The notes beneath the pieces were generated by a model. It ran no database searches, was not told the DNA's origin, and saw nothing but the letters and a program-made list of their open reading frames with translations. Of a DNA stretch of 64,000 nt, positions 1 to 12,541 are shown piece by piece. A program made the translations under genes and the position numbers. Positions within the stretch are counted from its first letter, which is position 1. Every line of letters begins with the position of its first letter. This DNA comes from Amoebophrya sp. A120 (lineage: Eukaryota > Protista > Dinoflagellata), in NCBI GenBank assembly GCA_905178155.1, contig CAJINV010000007.1:3986265-4050264 (forward strand). The letters run 5' to 3'.

Positions 1-21
1 GGTCGGGACGTTTTTCCTCAG

Positions 22-3000
22 GATACGACTCCGCAGCTTTGGCGTCTGCCGGCCTTCCCGCTGATACGACTACTCCGTGTTGCACTGTCTACACCGGTGC
101 CGCGTTCCGCGGAGTTGCTTTTGGTAGTGGTAGTAGTTGGAAAGTTCACTATAGCCATTTGATTCACATGGACCCTGCCTCGACGGGCGCCTGGGACGTG
201 ACGCCGATCCCCTACGGCGGATGGATGGATGAAACCGACAATACCCACGACCACTACGGCCCCTGTGCTGTGCTTGGCGCCACGGGCACGCTTTTCACCG
301 CCACCGGCGGCACGTACGACAACACCGTGGACCCCTGCGCTAAGCTGGCTGCGGAGAAAGGAAAGACGGGCTTCCTCATTGGGAACCACGACGACCCCTC
401 TTCTCCGTGCTGTACACTGTATGCGGAGACCCAAGGGGACATGCGGTGGGGAGAAGAGGCGATGCCCACTGGAGGGAGTGGGGTCGCTTTTTTCTACCGC
501 GTGTACAAATTGAACGGCCCGTCGCTGCTTACGGGCGCGAACCGCGTGCCTGCGGGGCTGGTGCCGCTGGCGGAGGCCGACGTCCGCCGGTTGATGGCCA
601 CGCAGAGCTCGACCTTCACGGACCCTTTTTCCGGCAATATCTGCACCGCGACGAACCCATTGCGCCGCCCGTACAATGACGTTGTGCCGGTAGACTTATT
701 TTCGTCGAAGCAGTACTGTGCGGTAACTGGGGCAGCTGCGTCCACAAATACGTTAGGGAAAACTGTCCCCACTACCGCGGTTTTCCCCAAAGAGAAAATT
801 TTTTTTTCGATCCAAGGGCGACCAGAATGAGCCCTGCATAGCCGACCTACTCCGCGAACAGCCGAGACGCGAAGCCAGGTCCTCCCGGTGGGCTGCTTTA
901 TGGAATGAAAGAAATTAATTAGCTAGTGGCGCGCATTAACTATATTTGCAGATCTTGCATCAATATTTATTTCATTTGAGAAAGGCCTTCACGCTCCGGC
1001 TTCCGGGCCCAGCTTGTCGACCATCCCCTCGGGCAGACCAGCATGGCGACGGTCTCCGGGTCCGATCTCCATGAACCTCGTGTAGAACTGTTACCGCGGA
1101 CGAGGTAACAGAGCAGCAGTATCTTCTCCAGCAACGTGTCCGCGATCAAGCAGGCCCAGGTGATGCAGTTAAGCTTCGCCGCCGTACCGCAAACCCGGAA
1201 AAAGCCGACATAACTACAAACATGAATGCAAATTAATCTGTCAAAAAATAATGCTTTAGTTTTTGTGCGCCACTAGCACTAGCTAATTAACTTTTTTTAA
1301 CTTGCATATCAACCTCGGGGATTATCCTCCTAGGAGAGCCGCAGGTGGATGCCGTCCGGGCAGGTTGCGAAGCCGGGCATCGTGGGGCTGCGCCAGTGCG
1401 TGAAAATTTTTTCTCTTTGGGGAAAACCGGGGTAGTGGGGACAGTTTTCCCTAACGTAACAAATAAACCATGGTGGCAGGTGGAATTTTCGGACGGCAGA
1501 CCGCGGCTCTTGGCGGGATTCCTCTGGTTCCGCCACTTCACAAACCTTGACGCCGAGTTCTCGGAGACCGCGGACGCCATGAAGAACGCTGCCGTGTACG
1601 TCAACGGCGTCCAGGTTGCCACGGTCACGACGGTGGACGCCGCCGCCACCCGGGGGCAATGGGTCAACTTCGACCCGCCAGTGTATGGTTCGAAAGTGCG
1701 CTTGGTGGCGGGGAGCGGCTCGACTGGCCGCCTCCGCTTTTGCGGGTTTCACTTGTACCTGAGCGCCGACGCCAGCCTTGCTAGCACCGCATCGCTGCAG
1801 CTGAGTGCTGTTTTGTTGTTATTGTTTCTTTTGGGTCTGAGCCAGGATACGGCCACATCAACGACGGACCCAAGGAATGTCAGCGGGTTCCGCGCCCTTC
1901 CACGCAACGTAGCCGCGGTGGACTTTGCCGCGCCGGCCTTCTATGGCCCCTGCCCCAACCAGGTGGAGAATCACCGGCTTCTGCCGACGAAGGAAGCGGA
2001 CTTCGATGGCTCTGCGGCCAGCTGTGCGGCCAAGTGCTTAGCCCTGGACGACTGTTCTTTGTTTTCCCTGCTGCTACAAGAGCACCCCCACCGTCCTGCG
2101 GTGATGACAACCCTGCTCGGACCGATCGAGCGAAGCCACGCGTTTAGGTACCAACGCGACGGCGCCGAGTGCTGCAAACTGGAGCCCGGGGACGCGGGCT
2201 GGCAAACGAACGCGCCAACAGGCCTCGCGCCCTTCTCGCTGCATGCCTTTCCGAGCCGGACGACCCCCGTCTGCCCCGCTTTTAGAGCCGGCGGCTGCCA
2301 TGACAAAACAAGTTTGAAGATCTCCGAGACGAACACGAACCGAGAAACAGCGGCGACGTGCGACACCACGTGTCGCAGTCTCACCGACTGCGTTGCGTTC
2401 ATCCACGAGGAGACTATGCAGCAGGACAACAAAAACTGCGAATTTTTTCGGACCGGGTGCACCTCTATGAGCTTGACGTCCGATGGTGCCTGGAAGACTC
2501 AGCAGGTTTTCACGCTGGCCCGCAACGAAGCCGAGTGTCTGGATACGCGGGAGGTGCCTCGCATCGCACACTGTCCGAAAAAGCACAATGGTCATTGCTC
2601 CGTTGACTCGAGCGTTTCCAGCAACAACGTGGACAAGCAGGCTATCCAACGGTACCGCGACCGCGCCTACACGAAAGACGAGTGCCGATACCTGTGTAGT
2701 GTGTCCTCCTACGAAGGAGCTAGCTACACTGTGAACACGAGATGCACGTACTTCTATGTGGGCAAGCCAGACGGCTCCTATCCCGGGTTTTGCGACCTCT
2801 TTCGAGGGACCTGCACCGAGGCCAGCAGTGGGGCAGCCGATTGGGAGGGCTTCTCCATGAGCGAGTGCACGGTACGAGGGCTGCAGCTCGCCACGACTCC
2901 ACCTGACCACGTGGGCGAGGAGAGTTGGGTGGGCCACCGCCTGTATCGGTATCCCGACACGCGGCTGCAATTTCGCGTGAACGGCAGTCCGCCACTGCTC

Positions 3001-6000
3001 GTCAGCGAACTCGACTTGCAGAACACGCCCAACTGCGAAGGCCCGGTGGGGGACCATCACTATTACTTTCAGTGCAGCGGCTACCTTCCCTTCGACGCGG
3101 ACGCCGCGGGCTCTGTGGGAAGTCCGAGCGGGCATCGCCTGATTCGGTACGAGATCACCGGGCGCGAACAGGGGCAGACGGGGAAAGACCTCGGGGGCGA
3201 GGTTTTCTTCCGGTCCATGGAAATCCGGTTCCGTCTGGCCAAAACGGATCTGGGGAGCGACGCGTTCGTTTTCCTCGAGCGGGCGGATGGCGTGCGGTAC
3301 GATGTTTTTCTGGATTCGTCAACGAAATCCCTTCGGACCACGGACACTAGTACCGGCACCGCGGTCGATCCACCGTGGGGTGACTGTGGCACCGGCGACG
3401 CCACGTGCGTGACGCATGCGGCAAGCGGCGTCGCCTTGTCACACGCGAACACGGACTACCTGTTGCGCGTTTCGGTAGATGAGGCGTCGCCTCTTAAACT
3501 CCGGGTAACGCTGAACGGACTGTATACCGTGTACGGGCCCTATTTGTCCAAAGACATCGAGCTCCAACTGGGGGCGAAGAGGATCGTGGCAGTCGGGCTG
3601 GCGCCGGGGAGGAATCGGGTGCAGGTTCTCACCCTGCCGCGGGATTTATTGTCATCGACAGCCTACACTACGACGACGTCCACCAGCACGTCGTCGACAA
3701 CGACACTTCCGACGCCGAAACCGTCCGACGCGGCTTTTCTGACCCCACCGGAGGACTTGAAATTGGTGCCCACCCCGGTGAACCAGCACCCCTCTGCCCT
3801 CCAGCTGCGCACGCCCGGCTTCTTCGTGCGGGTGCTGCCGAAGAAGTACGCCCCTGCTGCGCCGTCGGGTGGGAGTGGGGAGTGGGGAATGTACGGCCAG
3901 GACTCGGATTGTTCGGACCTGCTCAGTGGCGGCCCAGTCGCGGGGACCCTGCACTCCGGGTCCGAGACGTGGGACGGATCTCTCAACACCTGCGCAGCCG
4001 CAACCTCTCAGGTCGGCGGCCACTTTTTTGCGGTGCCGAGCATGCAGAAAACCTCCTCGTCCTCGTACACGAACACCAAAAAGTGTTGCGTCATCTACAA
4101 GGACGTTGAAATGGAATATGCGGACACAGACGACGCTAACTATGACTACATCTCCTACCGCCTGGAGGGACCGAACTCGGGCACTTGGGACCTTGGGTTT
4201 TTCGCATCTGCCAACTGCGGCATTCTTGGAAGTGAATTCAGCTACTCCTACTATGGGCGATGCAATGCGCAGGGGGAGCCGGCGTCTATCCGGCCGTGGC
4301 AGCATGAGGCACCGGGCGAAGTGTTTGACAGAGCTACCGAAGGGGTGGAGGCGTGCGCGGCAGCGGCCTACGCATTGGGGTCCGTGACTTTCCAGGTCGG
4401 GCATCGCTCTTCTGGCACGAACTATCCAAATTGCTGTCGCATTTTTCATGGTTTCCCAAAAGACGAGGACAAGTCGTGCTCTGGGGTGTGGAGCCACCAC
4501 CTTTGGACGTACCAGCTGCACGGCAAAGCCGTCATTGTGCCGGACGGGTTCGCGCTTCAGCGGCAGCGGGCCACCGGGACTTGGGACACCTGCTCCACGC
4601 ACGCCCCGGGCGTGTTGCGTCCCGTGACCTACGCCGTGGTGCCCAGGATTACTGCGGCACCGTCTGAGGTGACGCCGGGACATCCAGAGCCAGGCGTCGT
4701 TGTTTCCGGCGTCGTTGTTTCCGGCGACGAAACTGATGTCGCATCCAACCTTATTGACGGAGACTTCACTACTCAGGTCAAGCATGCCATCGATCCAAGG
4801 GGGGTGATGTATGCACAAATTGATCTTGGCACACTTCTGCCGGGCGGTGAGTCCGGCGGCGCGCCGGTGAATTCGCTTTCGCTCATTTCCGAGGTCGCCA
4901 TCACCGTAAACCATCCGTGTGTTGCATTTACATTTGGGGCCGCAGGTACGACCACCTGTCAATCTAATTATGAGAGTGACCCGGCTGCCTTGCTGTACGT
5001 CGCCGTTGCAAACGACACTTGCGTTGGGCAAAGCGACGGCTGCGCCGCCCAGCTGGCCGACGAGGACAAGACGGTCGTTTGCGAAGCGCTGCAATTTGCT
5101 CCGTATCCACTCACGCACCGTTCCCGGTTTTTTAGAGAGGTGGCGCCGGACATGGCAGAGTTTTACGTGCGCTGCCCCGCCCCATTTTATCCCGCCCGGT
5201 TCGCCACCCTCTTCGTGAAAAACGCGATTGACTTCCGGCTCCGAGAGGCCGTGGTGCGGGGGTATGGTCCGTCCGCACTCCTGCGCGACGTGAACGCGAA
5301 GCGGGCCCAGAAAATGTGGGTCGAGTTTGCTGACGGTTCGGAGCGGCGCATCTCCCGCATCGACTTCTGGAACAAGCCCCACATAGATTGGCAGCGGGCC
5401 GCGGACTTGTATCTGGACGACCAACTTATTGGCGGCTTCGAACCAATCGCCGCGTACTACGCGCCTGGCCACCCCGGGCCGCTGCCCGTTCTGGCAACCA
5501 ACCTTACCGGTGCCGAGCATCCTGGAAACGACCCGCCAGGCTCCCTGTCGCAGTTCTACGCCCACGTGTCCCAGCCGGGCCGGATGGTCCGAGTGTCTCT
5601 CGCGGCGCACAAGAGCCGCCTCACCAAGCAGATCCGGATTCAGGTTGATGCGTCGGCGCGGATCCGTACGTGGCAGACGCGAAGCAGCGTGCAGCTGGGC
5701 GCCATCACGCTCTGCGGGATGGAGGTCTACGCGGCGACCACGACAACTACGACCTATCAAATACAAACATGTCTGGGTCTGGAAGAATCCACCACTTGTT
5801 TGTCATGCATCTTTTTCGAACACGACAAGAATGGTCTCTCTCTCTCGTGCACACAAAAGCATTACAGGTTTTGCGCTGGCCTTTTTATGGTTCTCGCGCA
5901 CGAGAAATTCCGTATTTGCGTAGCAAGAAGATTGCGTAGCAAGAAGAAGGCAGCTCTTGGTGCTCATGCAATACAAGTCTTTGCCTTTTCAAGAATCTGC

Positions 6001-9000
6001 ATGACACGTTTCAATTCTTCCAGACCCAGACATATTTGCACTGCATGCGACCACTTCTAGCACCACCGGCGGGGCGAGTTCTTTGATCGCGTTGTCGGAG
6101 AGGCGGCGGCACTTCTACGGCGCGGTAGACATTACCCCGACCGACGAAGCGCAAGCCTTGGCGTCGAGCGAAGACATGCAGATCGAAAGCTTTGCCAAAC
6201 ACCTCATCGATAATGATTTAATGACGTGGGCTCACACGGACGATATGAATAATCGCGCGCAGCGCTGTCCGTGGTATCAAATCGACCTTGGCGAAGTCAT
6301 GAGCGTCCGCGAACTCGAGCTGGTCTTTTACATGCCGCAGTACCCTGAACTCAAAGATCTGCGGCGGCTGTTTTATGTGGTTGCGCAAAACAGTGCGTCC
6401 GACGCTGAGTGGGACATTCGGAATACCGACCTTGACCGGTATCCAGAGGGGAGTGTGCAAAACGATGAGGGCTTTAGGGCGCTGGTTTTGCCCCCCAACC
6501 TGGGACGGTCCACCTCCGGTCTGTGCGTTACTCAGCCGAGCGGCCACTGCCTGGCGACCGCGGGAATCACGACCCCAGCCTGCCCGAAGCCGCACGAGTT
6601 TCACGTCTGTAGGAGGATTCGACACACCACGACCTTTTTCGGGGACGGGTTTCGAAACAACTTCGTCCCGTGGACGCACTCGAATGGGAATCTGTATCAT
6701 AATGTTACCATCGACTGCGCTGGGCGGCCGGGGCAATTTGCCGTCATCGAGCTTCCGGGTGCACCCGCGGATAAAAAGCGGGTGCTCCCGCGCGTTGCAG
6801 AATTTCGGGTGTTTGGTAACGTGATAACGACGACGACAACAACGACGACCACAACCACTGGGACTTGGACGGATCTCGGCGTTGCCGGGGATTTCTTGGA
6901 CCCGATTTGCGCCGCCGAGTACAGCGGCGGATGCGCCGAGTATGCGACGCTAGGGAGCGGCCAGGGGTGGGCGTACCCGACCGCAGTGGGTACCGGGTGG
7001 CGAGGCTGTGACGCCCTGTGTCGCGCCTCCACTGCCGGCACGGGGTCCATCGCGTCGGATTGCTGGGGCTACGGTATCCAGCTCAGCAACGGAGAATGTT
7101 ACATGATGGCCGCCGGCTGCACCGGCAGTTTTCACAGTGTCAAAAACTGGAGAATGTACAGCTTGACGAGAAACAAGGCCTCCTGCATAGAGGCCGCCAA
7201 AGTGCCCGCGGTCGATCCCAGCCGGTGCGCGGTTACGTACGCCGGCCACTGTGTTCCCGGGGGGGCTTACGCGTCGGAACCCCTCTACAAGGAAGCGGCA
7301 GGAACCGACACCGCCGCTACCATCGTCATCAGCTTGTATGAGGACCGGGCGTACAATCTGAACGAGTGCCGCTACTTGTGTGCGAACACGGACGGGTGCG
7401 TGTCGTTCTTTCTGCAAAAAGCCGTCACGAACTCGGTGCGATTTTGCTACTTGATGCGAGCGGGGTGCGGGACGAGCACAACCGACACTAGTTGGGAAGG
7501 ATACGACATCAGCAGTTGTGCGCTAGAGGCGTCGACCAGCACCACGACAACTACAACAACCACGACCACGCCCGCAAAGGAGCGTCTTCTTCTCGATTGC
7601 GGGGTCAGCCCCGCGGAAGCGGCAGCGGCCATCGAGAGCGCCGGCGCGGCGACCGTGGAAATTTTTCGGCGCCGGGGCCTGCACGTGACGACGGTTGGGG
7701 GCAGCCAGTTCGACGGCGAGGTCCCCGTCGAGTTTGCGGACGACGCGGGCCGGTTCGGCAGCTGCGTGTTGATGGCCCCCTTGGCCGAGTTGGGTATCAC
7801 GCTCGACTGGGAGGCCCAGCGCTGGGGGTACCCCAAGGGCGGCGTGCTGGTGCAGGCGTTTCGGCCCCCGGATTTTCAGACCCCTGTAGCCGCCATGGAC
7901 TGGCTGGAGTACGCCCCAGCGGGGGCCCGCCGCGTGAACAAGTACAATGTTTTATTACAATGAAAAATGCCCCCGCCCCGGAACTCGTAAGTTCTCGTGC
8001 AAAGTTTCCAAAGGAAAGCTTTTTGATTTTGGCGTGCATGAAAGGACTACGAGCCTTTCTGATGGAGAATCTTCTGGATTCGCAAGGTATCTTTTGCATA
8101 TACAGATCCGCTTGCCATTGGGCTCCTTTCCAAAACAGGTTTGAGCTACTCAGCATGGAAAATTTGTGATACTGATATATCTATGCAATAGCAAGACGGG
8201 GAGTGTTTCCATTGGAAAGGTTTGCAATACAAATGGCCGCAAGTTCTGTGGTGGGGGCATTGTTCACTGTAATATGTTTCGCGCCACGTTTTTACGGCGG
8301 ACGGCAAAGCGGTTGTGACCGGGAACCGCACCTGTAGTGCCGCGGCTTCGGCGGGGGAGCAAGAAAAGTGCGCCGCGGTGATATGGCAGGGTCAGGCTGG
8401 AAATGAATCAAAAAAGTTGAAATAATTTACGACGGTGCGGGTCGGAACAAGCACCCACCGCCGATGTCTAAGCGGCGCATGACAATAAATTTTTGCAGCA
8501 ACGAAACCCAACTCGCCGCCCTGTTCGGGCAAAAATAAGAAAACCACTCTATAGTCTGTCGTGCTACTTCAGCAGCTCTATCTCTACCAACCCCAAAGAG
8601 AAAGAAACGCTTTTTTTTTAGTTGCAATCGCTCTCCCGTGCCTGCGTTCTCGTACAGGCGACGTTGTTCGCCTTTGCATTTCATATTTATGCAGTGTAAA
8701 GAACCTAAACCACTTGCATATATTTCAATTCTGCAGATTTCATGCAATGCGCTGGCTTCCATAGATGAACGCGAGTGCGTACTCGGCCGCCGGCAATGTG
8801 TACGGCTGGGAAGTGAACATGCCGGTGCCGGAACGCAAGGACAGCACGAAAGCGCGCCAGCTCCTCCTCCGTTTGCGCCTTGGGGACGTACTCACGTTTT
8901 CGTACCGCCTGGGCAGCGGGGGCGGGCACCAGCTCAGCATCCACGACCTGGCGGTCACCGCGAAGTATCACGTGGCCGCGACCTTGACCGAGCGGGCGGA

Positions 9001-12000
9001 GGACCGGGCGACCTTTCCCTGGGTATTCCAGGACCGGTTTGAGTCCTGCGACGTCACCTGCCGGGACCTGGGGCGGCGGTGCATTGCAGAGGAAATGATG
9101 AAGGTGGATTCCTTGGACAAAGTGAACGAGATCCTGTTCGCGACCGCCGGCCTCAACTGCACTTCTGGTGCCGGGCGTGCGTACGCAAATACTCCGTGTC
9201 TGAATTTGGCGGCAGGATATGAAGGGATGTGCTTCTACCGGGATTCTTCGCACAGCTTGCATGCAATTGACCCAGCCGTCGGCTCGACATGTTGGGCCCA
9301 AGCCCCATATGACTCCCGCCTGACTTTGTGCTATTGCCAAAGATTGGCTGTGCCTCGCGAGGCAACGCAGGTCCAGCTTTTCAAGTCTTTCCACAAAAAT
9401 TGGGTACTGGCTGCGCGGAAAGACTCCTGCAACACCGCCTGTCTGAAGAGCGGCAACCGGGTGTGCAATAGCGAGATGCAATCACAAGTAAACACGCAAG
9501 ACCGCTTCCAGAGGGCCGTGCAACTTGCTACCGGCATCCCGGAGTTTGCCTGCCCCACGGGTCCGTTAGGACACTTGCCGGACGTTCGTCTCGCTGCGCA
9601 TACTGGCGTGCCAATGATCGGCATCGGACGAGCCAACGGAGGGCAGCACTATGGAAAGTGTTTCGTCTACTCGGGCCCGCATTCCTACAACACAGGGCAC
9701 TCCTCGCAGGGCGCCGCTACCGAGGGGGAGATATGGCGTTCTCAAATGTTACATTCTCAACTATTACATAAATTCGTAATGCAAGAATGGCAAAAGTGAA
9801 AGGAAGGGGGAAGGTTGCGCCTTTTGCATTACAGGTTTGGAGCTGATTGCAATGCTATCTAGTGCGTCGAGAGCTTGTCACGCGGAGAAGGCTTGGACTT
9901 GTGAAAAGTGACAGGGTTTTGCATGGCCAACCATGTAACAGCTGAGAGCGATCGCTTGAGAGCCCGTGATAGAGTTTTGCATGGCCAACCATGTAACGGC
10001 TGAGAGTGTATCGCTTGAGAACCCCATAGGAAAAGACCCCGGGGTACAGCAGTTGCCGGTCCAGTGCTGTCCTCGATGATTGGGGTAGACACCTCTGCTA
10101 TTGTATGCATTGCAATACGAATATATGCCTGGGCGTGGGCCTGGAAAAATGCAGATGATATGAGTTGCCCCGTTGTTTTTGGATCTGCCAGAAGGTATGG
10201 AATGCATGCAGAGCGTGGCAAGAACAGGCTCCGTGCTCGTGCCGGGGACTTGCACTCCCTGCCTTGGAGTAATTTGCATGAGAAATTCTAGCCTTTCCAC
10301 CGAGAGTGACGGAGATTAGAGCTGCGCATCGACTTCTGCTGACTATGCGCGACAGGAGGAGACGCTTCGCTTTTCCAAAATTTCTTGCATGACATCACGT
10401 TTGCTGCATCCTGCTTCCAGAGGACCCACACATAATTCATGTTCGCAATGCATATGCGGCGAGAACCTGGAAGAATCCTACCTGCGAGCGCGCAACTACC
10501 ATCGGAACCTTCTGAAGAACGAACCCTATGAAAGCACGCGGGACTGGCGCGACTCCTCGCCGGTGGTGTCACGAGGCCGCGCGTCCAAGTGGATTCTGGG
10601 GGGGGCCGGGCGGTCCTGCTACCAAACGTGTCGCGACGAGGGGCCGGGCCTCTTCTGCGACACCGACGAGCGCATGGCACTAGACGGGGACGCCCGGCTT
10701 CGTGCGGTGCTGAAGGGGCCTGATATAAACCGGCCGGACCTGTGCGACTCGTCCTGGACCGTTGTCGGAAAGCCAGACGGCGGGGTTCCTTCCGTTGACC
10801 CAACCACGAAAGAATGTTACTTCGTGTATGCATTGCAAATACGTGTCGTGGGTCGGCAAATTTGCGCTGCTCCTGATATTGGTGGCAATTATTCTCAGGC
10901 CTGCATGTACGGAATAGAATAAACAGCATGTTGACAAGTTTAGCTTGTCATGCTCTGGCTTCAGCCTTAGGAGTAGGACGAATGAATTCGCAAGAAGCTG
11001 GGGGCACATGATATCCTCAATCTTCCGGAATTAGCACGACAGAAAAAAGCTAGCGACTCTTGCTCCTCGCATTCATGAATCACGGATCTTGTTGTCTTCG
11101 AACTCATGCATGACAAAGTCCACCGGGGGACACAGACAATAACAAATTTGCAATGCATATCGTTGCAGGGAATGCAAGTGCGACGGCTGGCGAAAAGGTC
11201 TGGACAACCCCCGCAAACTGCTACGCTATTCCCAGTATCAAACTCAAGAATGTCTTTTTCTGGGTCTGGAGGAGATAAACAGATGACACTTGTTGTCGTT
11301 CAGTTTTTGCATCTACTGCAAAGTAGTGCAAAGCGATGAGGTCTGAAATTATACAAACGGAGACTGTGGTGGTGGTCAAACTCTGTCAACACGTCCTCTC
11401 CAGACCTAGTCTGCATGAGAGATGGCGCTCTCCCCCGAAGACAAAAACCGTGTTTCTTTTGCTGACCACTACGCATTCAATTTTTACAGAGATTTGATTC
11501 ATTCGCTTTACCTGTTCCAGAAATGAATCCGCATGACAGGTTCCTCGCAGCCTTCCAGAGCCGGACATATTTGTAATGCATACCCAGAGTTGCAACGTCC
11601 CCCCGGCTGCCAGTTTGCTTCTGCAGGATCCCGCGTCTCAGCGACACTTCCTACGCCGTTCCCGACCGCGCATTCCTGTTGCGCTCCAATGATCCGCACT
11701 GGGTGTTGTCGGATCCGGGGGAAACCTGCGTGGTCACCTGTGCTAAGTCCAACCGCCGCATGTGTGATCCCACGAAACAATATGCATTGCAAAAGTACCG
11801 GCATTGTACTAGTTATAAAACAAATGAAATTTTATTTTTTTAGAGAGAAACAAATTTGTCACGCTACTGCGATTAGTGCAAGCGCGATACTTTTGCAGAG
11901 GATATATAAACCGCCCTGTCGCATGTCAGCAAAGTTCTGGACGCGGTCGCCAGCGCGCTCGGGTTGATATCGAATGTAAACATATCTGGTCGGGGCGAGT

Positions 12001-12541
12001 GGTCATGTGTGTCATGCATCTTTTGCATGATCACACAATTTGCTTGGAATGCGCCCAAAAGCATTTCCAGGCTTTGCGGGCGAGGCTTTGAGATGTCTTC
12101 TATCCCGGATTAGCAGCTTGCTCTTTGCGTGGCAAGAAATGGAAACATTGTGGCGCTCAACATGCAAGATTTCGATTATAGATTTTTGCGTGGTCTGGAC
12201 TTAGCATCTACTCAGGTTAACATCCTTTCAGACCAAGACGCATTTACGTACAAACTTAAGTCATTCTCTTCCTTGTCCTGTGCCACGGTCTTGCTTGTTC
12301 CACCAGACAAAACGCCAGAGATATTTGAAGTGCATAGCTTACCTCAGTTGACAATCGCAACCAGTACAGCAGCAACGCAGACGGCGTCCCCAGCATTGAG
12401 CTGCGCCACGGCAACGTGAAATCTTTCAATTCTTCAGCGCAGGAGACACACAGCAAGTGCGCTTTGGTGCAAGACGCCTTCCACGCCCCAGTGTGCTACT
12501 GTCGCGACCCCGACGCCCCGGACTGGGACTTCGCGGTATGA
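22..12541 (+). CDS. 3' part of a giant multi-exon Cys-rich extracellular/surface protein (PAN/Apple-like modules, F5/8 type C/fucolectin-like domains, poly-Thr linkers, four C-terminal Cys repeats); ~2,980 aa in window, 5' end lies upstream
   Basis: Exons 22-748, 1464-5754, 6053-7952, 8280-8381, 8769-9731, 10034-10103, 10460-10826, 11165-11235, 11588-11780, 11910-11967, 12342-12541 join in frame after removing 10 TIR/DR elements. Motifs KPWWQVEF, MYAQIDLG, PWYQIDLGEVMSV; CxxxC...C..F PAN-like units; four WVL..G.(S/T)C...C...C ... C(Y/F)C units. Acceptor ttcctcag at 14-21. The end at TGA 12539-12541 is uncertain because gtatga could be a donor. Confidence 0.8.
749..1463 (+). mobile_element. 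Introner (non-canonical intron), 715 bp, 50-bp TIR
   Basis: TIR tacgttagggaaaactgtccccactacc.cggttttccccaaagagaaaa at 749-798 and 1409-1458 (1 mismatch); DR acaaa/acaaa; removal gives ASTNKPWWQVEF. Confidence 0.92.
5755..6052 (+). mobile_element. Introner, 298 bp (TCTGGGTCTGGA family)
   Basis: IR tacaaacatgtctgggtctggaagaat / attcttccagacccagacatatttgca; DR cgacc/cgacc; joins ORF 1345 to ORF 6083 in frame (TTTTSSTTGG). Confidence 0.88.
7953..8279 (+). mobile_element. Introner, 327 bp
   Basis: IR tattacaatgaaaaatgccccc / gggggcattgttcactgtaata; DR tgttt/tgttt; frame preserved (KYNVSRHVF). Confidence 0.85.
8382..8768 (+). mobile_element. Introner, 387 bp (degenerate TATGGAAG-GTCAGG family)
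   Basis: Left tatggcagggtcaggctggaaat..agttgaaata, right tatttcaatt...cttccata; DR ggtga/gatga; joins ORF 8765 in frame. Confidence 0.75.
9732..10033 (+). mobile_element. Introner, 302 bp (TATGGCGTTCTCAAA family)
   Basis: Left end nearly identical to the element at 15212; right ...gcttgagaaccccata; DR ggaga/ggaaa; gives TEGEKTPGYSSC. Confidence 0.85.
10104..10459 (+). mobile_element. Introner, ~356 bp, decayed DR
   Basis: tatgcattgcaatacgaat / attcatgttcgcaatgcata; DR tattg/tgcgg (degenerate; an end at 10456 is also in frame); joins LCYC to ENLEES. Confidence 0.75.
10827..11164 (+). mobile_element. Introner, 338 bp
   Basis: tatgcattgcaaat / atttgcaatgcata; DR tcgtg/tcgtt; gives ECYFVAGNAS. 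Confidence 0.85.
11236..11587 (+). mobile_element. Introner, 352 bp (TCTGGGTCTGGA family)
   Basis: Left tatcaaact..tctgggtctgga, right tccagagccggacatatttgtaatgcata; DR cccag/cccag; gives AIPRVATSPRLPVCFC. Confidence 0.85.
11781..11909 (+). mobile_element. Introner, 129 bp (TGCAAAAGTA family)
   Basis: tatgcattgcaaaagtac / gatacttttgcagaggata; DR aacaa/tataa; gives CDPTKQTALSHV. Confidence 0.8.
11968..12341 (+). mobile_element. Introner, 374 bp
   Basis: tatcgaatgtaaacatatctgg / ccagagatatttgaagtgcata; DR gttga/gctta; restores GVPSI...PVCYC of the fourth Cys repeat. Confidence 0.75.

Noticed and set aside
3652-5766. 704-aa minus-strand ORF and other antisense ORFs (e.g. 58717-60147)
   Set aside because: They are shadows of GC-rich sense-strand exons with no recognisable motifs.
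12342-12351. Perfect gttga DR as the end of the 11968 introner
   Set aside because: That junction hits a stop at 12417-12419 and loses the GVPSI...CYC repeat motif; the TIR+5 end at 12341 preserves both.
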